Shown here piece by piece: positions 55,171 to 64,000 of a stretch of 64,000 nucleotides of DNA. Below the pieces are notes generated by a model. The model had not been told where the DNA came from. It saw only the letters and a program-made list of their open reading frames with translations, and did not search any database. Where the stretch lies: NCBI RefSeq assembly GCF_006345805.1, contig NC_043002.1:38936001-39000000 (forward strand). The letters are read 5' to 3'. This DNA comes from Octopus sinensis (taxonomy: Eukaryota). The number at the start of each line of letters is the position of its first letter. Position 1 is the stretch's first letter. The position numbers and the translations under genes were made by a program.

Positions 55171-56270
55171 GGCAGACAGATCCCTGTGTTTCTGCACACA
55201 AAAATCATTAAATATGGATATCATTGTGCAAATCAAGTATCTATTTTCTTTTTGTAATTTATGTTGTTATTATGGATAAATATCTTCGTTCTTTACAGAT
55301 TTCCAAAAGCCGTCATTTCATTTGTATTTCTGATAGAGAGATTGACAAGTATTCTCTATCTCGGCATACAATAAATATCCTTTCTGTTATAGGCACGGAA
55401 CCTGTCGGCATTGAATAAATGTGACGAGATACTTCTTCGAAAAGTACCGGTGGCTTTCGTTTACTTACCGATGTTGACATACTTCACTAAAAGTTATATT
55501 GACATAACGCCTAAGCATACACACATACACACATACACACATACATGTATATAATGGAGAGAAAAGTGATTAAAGAATCCAGGTTAAGCACCATGAGATC
55601 GATTAAATATGCATAACTGATGCAGTGATGCATTTTGTGGTGTGCCATTCTATTTGAAACGTAAATATCTAATCAAACCATGGATAAATCTTTATTCTTT
55701 TGTGCTTTTCTTTATATAAATATAAATAGCAAACCAACTGTACTGGTAAATACTGACAGCAAGACGACAATTTATACGTTATTCACTAAATGCGAATGTC
55801 ATTGTAGAGTTTACTTATCGTAGCCAGACGTCGTTGCACACATGGTTCACTGAATACAGATATTAGTTTTAGTTTTATTTTATTTTTATCCTGTAGCTCT
55901 TCTCATTCAGAAAAGTGTGCAATCCACCCTCGTTCGAATATCCTCCATTTTTCATGAACGTGAAGTTATATGTCGTATTCATCGTTCCTTCTCACATGAG
56001 AACCTTTTCGTCTTCTTCCGATATATGCTGTGCTTTAAAAACAGCATATCCATAAGAGATGTTATCTCCAACCAAAAACCGCAGTAATTTTTCCTTTCGA
56101 TACATTTACATTAATTATGGCACACACAGACGTATATATACATACATACATGCGTAGTAGAAGAAATAGCTATAACTCTTTGACTGCTATTTCTAAATTC
56201 GGTATGTGGTAAGGCAATTCGTTGCTAAACCCTTTATTGCTTAGTATATATATATATATACATACATGCG

Positions 56271-56301
<31 letters not shown>

Positions 56302-56583
56302 CAACAATTGAGGGTAAAATTAATTAATTAATCAATTTCACCAAGTATTCAGTATGCAAAGGGACCATTTAAGGCGAATTCAAATTATTACATTATATAA
56401 AAGGGCTTAGTAAAATAAATTACTTTGCCGCATACTGAACTCAGTAGAAATAGCAGCTAAAAAAAACTTTTTTTAAACTATTTCTAATACTTAAAGAAAA
56501 ACCTCTCTCATATAGTGTTTTCTCAATTCAACTCACGCAAATATGAGAGTAGAGACATTAAAAAATCAAGTGCAAAGGTTATT

Positions 56584-56635
56584 TGAGAACGTACGTTTCA
56601 AGATTAGTCAACACGACACTTCTATCATCAGCTCA
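56584..56635 (-). ncRNA. Minimal type I hammerhead motif with weakened stem II
   Basis: Minus strand tgag-CTGATGA-tagaagtgtcgtgttgactaatctt-GAAA-cgtac-GTT-ctca; palindromic AACGTACGTT. Confidence 0.6.
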
Positions 56636-56702
56636 GAACTCCCTGGTTTGGATTTGAAAACACTGAAAGTAGGAGCATACCCTTTCGGCTTCCTCTCGCT
56701 TC

Positions 56703-56739
<37 letters not shown>

Positions 56740-57960
56740 ATCTATGTATCTATGTATGTAAGTACAGATAAGGAAAAAGCTGATAGTCACATCGGAGTTT
56801 TGGTGACATAGCTGTAACTTCGAAGCTACTCTTGGCCTTTTCCTTGTAAAAGTCAAATAAATATGTCACTCATCTGAAAGGTATTAAATGGCCCTTCAGC
56901 TTAATGTTCGACTGTTTTCATTTATAACTATGTTTACAATGTATACTATAAGATGTATGTTTGGGGATTTTGAGAGAGGCAGAGAATGATAGAAAGAAAT
57001 GAAGAAATAAATAGTATTCTAACACAAATTAAGGCTGGCTTAGCATTTTTATTCAATTTAAATGTATTTTGCCAACAACAAGAACAGCAACAACAAGGGC
57101 ATCAAAGTTTTCAATAATATCTAAATCATTAAGTTGCATATTAGTGCTTTTCTTTTTGTTCGATGTCGTTTCGTTTCGTTTCCTTTCCTTTCGATGTCCT
57201 TATATTGAAAATCAAATTCAAAGGAAAAACTCAGGAGCCATCGCTCGTTAAGAACGAGTCTCTCTGATAATAATCTGATATTTTATTTCATTTTGTTTTT
57301 GTTTGTTTTTGTTTTATTTATCTGTAAAAAGTCTTTAACATGTTCTATCCTTGAATGAATCGATCTATTAATTCGTGTAATTAAAATGCATCGATTTATT
57401 TCATTAGGTTAGCAACTGTTACTGTTTCCAAAAAAACAGAATAAAACGAAGGTAAAGATAAAAATGTACATGACTACAAAATTAGGGATCAGAAAAAAAT
57501 AGAGTAAACATCTATTTATAGAATGATACCTTCCTAATATCTCTCGTGGGCCTTCAAAATGCTTTATATGCATATATACGTTGTTTGGTTGTGTTTGTTT
57601 GTTATAAACACGCAGCGGCTTGTCCTCTACGTATGCAAAACATGTAATGCAAGACTAGGATATAAAAATGCAAATAACAAATCCGATTTTAAAAAACCTT
57701 CCATTGTTTTTTTTTTTATGGAAGACAGTCTGAAAGGCGGTACATAATGCTATATGTAACCTATTTCGGTTATATGGCTTTGATTTTTAAATACCAGGGA
57801 TCGCCACTGATGCAGGGCCCATTTACGTGTATAAAATAAGTAACAAAAGGCAAAGTTGAAAACCTCTGGACAATGATGGAAGGACGGGAGGCAGGAAGAA
57901 GGGAAAAGTTAGAGGAAGAAAGTAGAGAAAGAGAGAGAAAAGTTTGTAAGTCGAACGGCA

Positions 57961-58196
57961 TCACATATCACTACCAGGTAAGTCACGTGGTGCACTTGAA
58001 GCAAATGGAGTCGGGGCAAACATCGGCTTTTGCCGGAAACTGTGCGTCTGACTTCTGTGATCTACGTCCGAACAGTAACCTAATTGGTCAGAAGACGAAC
58101 GGGTGTGTTGCCCTTTGCCTCTGCTGGGTTTCGGAGCTACCGGTGGTGGCGGTGCTTTCTTCCCTGCTTGCGGTGGAATCTGCGGTACAACTGGCG
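57961..58196 (-). CDS. Probable Pro-rich coding exon of an unidentified host gene (possibly terminal)
   Basis: Strong acceptor ttgtcttttttcttttattttccag; GC-rich open frame APVVPQIPPQAGKKAPPPPVAPKPSRGKGQHTRSSSDQLGY...PRDLPGSDM*; non-repetitive. The 3' boundary is uncertain (possible donors near 57975 and 57987). Confidence 0.65.
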
Positions 58197-58971
58197 CTGG
58201 AAAATAAAAGAAAAAAGACAAATAAGAATTGAAATCAGAAAATATAGATAATAATTGGTTTCCAACATTGGCACAAGGTCACGAATTCGCGAAGAAGGAC
58301 GGATAGTTGTCGACTTTTTCAACGACCAGTACTCGAACTCTTGGAGAGATTAAAAGAAAAAGAAATTGACAAGGAACGGAATAGAATTTCTCAAATTTGA
58401 TACAAAGCTACACAGTTTGGGATCGTGAGTATTGTAGTTTATATCAACTACAATATTTTATTTTGTCAACCTCATAACAACGAAAGCAAAAAACAAAAAT
58501 TGACTGACGTGGATGAAATTTGAACTCAGAACTTAAGAAAGATAACGAAATAATACAAATAACGTTATCCGGAGCTCCACCTGTTCTAACATCTGATTGG
58601 GTACGCAGATAAATTCTAATTGCTTATTAGTTAATTACTAATCATTACATTATTTACTTTTTGTAATGTTATTTTTCATTGCGACATGTTGCCAACAATT
58701 ACTAATTTAATTATGTCTTTGTCTATTTTGTTCCTTATATTTGCTGTTAATTAGCACACTTCGGAAACCAGTTTAGTGCTCTACTTAATCTATTTATTTT
58801 GGGCTATCAGGAATGGGGAGGGGAAGGGCCTGGACATTTAGTAAGTAAACAGCAATTACCTCATTAATGAAAATAGAAGTACATATTGGAAATTAGCCAC
58901 CCGAGTTTCGTATAGAAATGTATACATATATACAAAATATACGCATATATATATATATATGAACTCATACA

Positions 58972-59134
58972 AGTGCAGTTGTGGATGTGTGGCAAGAAGT
59001 TTGCTTCCCAACCATATGATTTTAGGTTCAATCCCACTGCGTGGTACCTTGGGTAGGTATCTTCTATTATAGTCTCGGGTCGATCAAAGCTTTGTGAGTG
59101 GATTGGTAGACGGAAGCTGAAATAAGCCCGTCGA

Positions 59135-59166
<32 letters not shown>

Positions 59167-59400
59167 TATATATATATTATATATATATATATATATATGT
59201 GTGTGCGTTTTGTGTGTGTCCCCATCTTCGCTTGACAACAGGTGCTGGTGTGTTTATGTCCCCCATAACTTAGCGGTTCTGCAAAAGGACCGATAGAATA
59301 AGTATCAGGCTTAAAAAGTAAGTCATGGGTTGATTTCATCGCCTAAAAGACGGTGCACCACCATGGCCACAGTCACATGACTGAAACAAGGGAATAGAAG
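58972..59400 (+). mobile_element. SINE family B with internal (TA)n
   Basis: Family consensus. Confidence 0.85.
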
Positions 59401-59651
59401 AATATATATATATATATATATATACACAAAATACGCAGTTGCATAAATACGGGCATGCATACTCGTATGTATAAATTCATACGTATATACAAACATGCAT
59501 ACATTCAGATGTATATACTTATACACAGTTATTTACATACCTGCAGGCACAAATATATATATATATATGATTGCGTGCTACATACATACATACATACATA
59601 CATACATACATAATACATACATACATACATACATACATACGCACGCACATG

Positions 59652-60200
59652 TAAACTCAGTAGACCTGATATAATGATTTGGGATAGAGAAGAGAAACTG
59701 TGTACAATGGGGAAATTAACTACCCACCAGATGTTAACATAAAGCTGAAGATTAGTGAGAAAGGTAATATCTACGCTGAACTATTGAGAAATCTGCAGTT
59801 ACTCTATCCAGATTACAAGTTCAGTTTTACACCTGTAATTATTGGTGCACTGGTATGTGTAATACACTGCCTAAATATCAATCCTGAGAAATTAGGCGTC
59901 TCAAAACCAAAAAAGAGAAAGCTGATTCGAATACTACAGATCCAAGCCGTCATTGGAACTGTAAACATCTGTAAAACTTACCAGAAGTTTATAATTTAAG
60001 TATATATGAGCATGTTTGGATATACAAGTACACGCATAAGAATACATACATAAAACAAAAACCTACAAATTTGCACGTATACATCCATATACATATACCT
60101 TGTTGTTGGCGTTGAAATTCCAATGAAGGAACGTTGAATCTAAGTTACAACCGGTTCTTTCTCTATTGGCAAGAAATTTTGAAATAAAACTGAATAATGA
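59652..60200 (+). mobile_element. 5'-truncated RLE-type non-LTR retrotransposon within (CATA)n
   Basis: RPDIMIWDREEK...KISEKGNIYAELLRNLQLLYP...PVIIGAL...; (CATA)n on both sides. Confidence 0.88.
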
Positions 60201-60967
60201 CATACATACATACACCACAGCTAATCAGAAATTTTAGTTCAAATTTAGTGACCTTCTATTAACATTTTATACATATTTTAACTAAATCTGTATCTTTTAT
60301 GCAAAGGAATCAAGGTGAAAACGAAAATGAAAATATGTCGCGGGCCATATGTTGTTATGGTATACTGAATACATCACTTCTTATATATGTCAAATCCCAG
60401 TTAATTTAGCAGAGTTAATTTAGCTCTTTAAGCTACAAACTGGAACCATGCTCAGAGTACAAACACTAGAGTCAACACTTTTGATGTAGACTGAAAGTAA
60501 AACTGCATCACGTTTAGTTTTACCACCATCTGGCCTCACCGCATAATTCAGCCTCTCATTATAAGATTGGCGCACAGTCTGCGGTGCTGAGGGCGCCTCT
60601 ACGTGTGCGTTCAGACTGCTAAATATAGCAGCTAAATCTTCCTCATGTTGTCGCTTTTTTTCTTTATTTAATGTAAAGAAAAATACATTGGGCTGAATAA
60701 TGATTATTTTTATTATTTTGGTATGTCTCAAGTTCAGTCTTATTCCTTGTAGGGATTGTAGATAGCTCTTTACTACCTGTAACCTTGGGTATCGACAAGT
60801 TTTCAGCAGTCTTTCAAGAGAATTTCGTCCGACTTTACATTCCGAGTTCGACTTTACCTTTCATCTTTTCGGGGTCGATAAACTAAGTACCAGTGAAACA
60901 CTGGGGTCGGTGTAATCGATTGGTCCTCTTCCCCAAAATTTCAGGCTTTGTGCTTTTAGTAGAAAGG

Positions 60968-61027
<60 letters not shown>

Positions 61028-61030
<3 letters not shown>

Positions 61031-61690
61031 TAGATTTATTTTTATAGCGTACTTTCACTTCACTACCGAGCGCAGCTCTGTGTGCCTTGGGTATGTGCTG
61101 TGTTTTGTTGTGATGCTCTGATGGTTAGTGTATTGAAAGTATTTTGCGTAGGATGTGCGCAGTGCCTAGTAGTGCAATTTTCCGTATGTTATATGTGTTT
61201 GTAAATCCTGGTGTTTTTGTTATGTATTTCATGGACTGTCTTTAGTAGTGTTTCTAGCTGTTTGTCATTTGTAGCGTATAGTTTTAGGTCATCCATATAT
61301 AAAAGGTGGCTGATCGTTTTGCCGTAACATTTATATCCGTAGCAATTCTATATAGCATATCAGATAGAGGTGTCAGTGCCAAGCAGAAAAGGAGTGGAGA
61401 GAGCGTGTCTCCCTGGAATATTCCTCTTCAAATGGGGATGGCTTTGGTTTTCACGAGTCCCTCTTTTGTTTAGAGCTGTAGCACTGTCTCCCATTTATTC
61501 ATAGAGTGTTCTATGTATTTTAAAATTGTTGGTGCTACCTTGTTAATGGCTAGTGTTTCGAGGATCCACGTGTGGGGAATGCTATCAAACGTCTTTCGGT
61601 AGTCGATCCAGGCCATAATGAGGCCTTTCTTCTTTCTGTGGCTATCCCAGTAATCGAGGTCAGTCATGCGTTTAATTTGTTTAGTGAATG
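61028..61690 (-). mobile_element. Internally deleted R4/Dong-like element (RT core fused to the 3' end) ending in (TAA)n
   Basis: MAWIDYRKTFDSIPH...RGIFQGDTLSPLLFCLAL...LLYMDDLKLY, then a jump to the terminal region; (ATT)n at 60968-61027. Confidence 0.9.
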
Positions 61691-61947
61691 TTCTCTGGGA
61701 TGATTAAATTTTCGAGATGTTTTGTTTTGAATGGGGAGACCACAGGGAGCAGCAGTATTCGAGGTGTGACCGTACAAAGGAGGAGAAATAGAATAGAATA
61801 AGTACTAGGTTTACATAGAATAAATCCTGTGGCCGATTTGTTCGACCAACGACGGAGCCCCACCATAGCCGCAGTTACATGACTGAAACAAGTAAAACAA
61901 AAAAAAACTATGCCATTTTAATCCCAACAAGGCCAGGTAATATATAC

Positions 61948-61993
<46 letters not shown>

Positions 61994-62739
61994 CTCTTGA
62001 AATCTCCTCTTCTGAATTTTGCTAACCATCTTCTGCGAGTTCTTTCATTCAAACATTCTTTCCTATAAACTGAGCTTATGTTTCAAGTCGCTTCGGCTGC
62101 AGAGCTTCTTTTTGGTACTCATAAAGCATTATGTGCTTTAAATGCTCTTTGGATACTTCCATGTTAGAAAGGGTTTTAATCAAAGAAATTTTAATTCTAT
62201 TATTCTGTAAAATAATATTTAATTGGTTTAAATGTACACAAATGCATAAAAATAATTTTAAATTCTATTAGTCATTCTCAAATACTATTAAATTTCATTC
62301 AATTTTAAAAAAGGTATAATCGGACAGAACTTATGGGATGACTTGATATATATGTGTGTGTATGTGTGTATACATATGTATATACATATATATACAAAAA
62401 TATACATAAATATGCATACATACATTTACATAAATATACATATATACATTTACATAAATATACATATATATATGAACATAAATTAATATATACATATATA
62501 CTTAGACATATATACATATACATGTATACATATACATGTATACATATACATACATAGATATACATATATACATACATATATATATACATACATATATATA
62601 AAGATATAAATATATATATATAAACATATAAAACTAGTATATACATGTATATAAAGATATAAGATATATATATACGTATATGTATAATATATATGTATAA
62701 TATATATATATATATATATATTATATAATATATATTATA

Positions 62740-62781
<42 letters not shown>

Positions 62782-63135
62782 CGCAGAAACATCTATACAA
62801 ATACATAGTGAGAGTAATTGAAACGAAAGTAATATATATATTCAAATGAAATATTAGTTGTGAAACCTATTAAAGCTGAAAGTATTATCTCACATTACAA
62901 TAGAGATGTTATTGTTTCACTTTTGACACGTAATTCTGAAATAGTGTAAAAGGTAAAAGTCTGCTCCGGGCTCGCATTAGGCAAGAAGTTGATATTCTTT
63001 TGGGCCCATGACACTGCATGGACCGTAAATAAGGCGTGTGTAAAATTTGAATAAAATCGGTTGGAAGCTCTCGAGTTTTAGCGATGCACTCATACAGACT
63101 CACAAACAGACACACACACACACATTCTCAGTTTC

Positions 63136-63173
<38 letters not shown>

Positions 63174-63174
63174 G

Positions 63175-63330
63175 ATGTGCTTCATTCAGTTTCCGTCTCC
63201 CAAATCCACTCACAAGGCTTTGGGCAACCTGAGGTTATAGTAGAAGTGAGTCTGTCAAGTTGCCACGTGGTGGAACTGAACCCGGTACCATGCGATTAGG
63301 AAGCTAACTTCTTAACACATGGTAGCGCAT
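63175..63330 (-). mobile_element. SINE family B, 5' part
   Basis: Family consensus in reverse. Confidence 0.8.
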
Positions 63331-63390
63331 ATACACTTACATGCATATATGCTTACATATATGCATACACCTATACATTCATATACATTC

Positions 63391-63434
<44 letters not shown>

Positions 63435-63442
63435 ATATAATA

Positions 63443-63517
<75 letters not shown>

Positions 63518-63522
63518 CACTT

Positions 63523-63730
63523 AAGGCGGTGAGCTGGAAGAATCGGTAGCATGACGGGCAAAATGCTCAGTGGGATTTCGACCGTTTTTACGTTCTCAGT
63601 TCAAATTCTAACTAGGTCTACTCTACCTTTTATCATTTCGAGGTCGATTAAATAAGTACCAGCTATGCATTGCGGTCGATGCAATCAAGTTATCCCTCTC
63701 CCGAAATTTCTGGCCTTGTGCCAAAATTTG
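63523..63730 (+). mobile_element. SINE family A, diverged
   Basis: aaggcggtgagctggaagaatcggtagc...gaggtcgattaaataagtaccag. Confidence 0.8.
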
Positions 63731-64000
63731 GAACCAACATATATTTACAAATATGCATACAACACAGCTACCCCATTGTTGTTCTGCAAATTCCAACGAA
63801 AGATTAATGTCTCTGAATGAAAACGGCTGTTTCTGTGTTGGTGGGAAACAACAATCCGATGCAAACACGGTAGTCTTGATATTGTTCTCTGGTGACAAAG
63901 AATAAATATCATGCAATGTTGTAGAGATCAGCTGCCAGTACAGCAGTTAAGAATTCCTTGTCTAAAACTATATCAAAAGAAAATATCTATTCCGTTAGAA

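Noticed and set aside
60420-60731. Minus-strand ORF ...LNAHVEAPSAPQTVRQSYNERLNYAVRPD... as a second host exon
   Set aside because: Plausible composition and a possible donor (GCG|GTGAGG), but a weak acceptor and no recognisable homology; needs RNA-seq.
62960-63150. Possible Helitron-like fragment (ccgattttattcaaatttt motif on the minus strand)
   Set aside because: Termini could not be identified, so the evidence is too thin.
63623-63916. 97-aa minus-strand ORF at the window end
   Set aside because: It runs into a SINE and has no recognisable motif.

Overview
An AT-rich, repeat-saturated eukaryotic window. It is most likely from a coleoid cephalopod (Octopus-like); I infer this from the microsatellite load and the tRNA-derived SINE families and have not confirmed it. 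Nearly all ORF-track entries are microsatellite artefacts. Supported content: many SINEs; decayed non-LTR retrotransposons (Tx1/L1, R4/Dong-type RLE, CR1-like, Penelope-like with GIY-YIG); two mariner relics and a Tc1 fragment; a 5S rRNA pseudogene fused to a SINE-type tail; an ~840-bp tandem array; several inverted repeats; and one probable Pro-rich host exon on the minus strand (~57961-58196). The main hidden signal is four minimal type I hammerhead ribozyme motifs of unrelated sequence (1554+, 27620-, 44375-, 56584-), plus a degenerate relic. They have very short or palindromic stem III and sit in short repeats ending in (TA)n or (TAA)n, the architecture known for Penelope-like element (PLE) pseudo-LTRs. 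A second theme is that each retroelement group ends at its own microsatellite: Tx1 at (GATA)n, one RLE family at (CATA)n, Dong-like copies at (TAA)n, ribozyme repeats at (TA)n/(TAA)n. All folds and alignments were done by eye.
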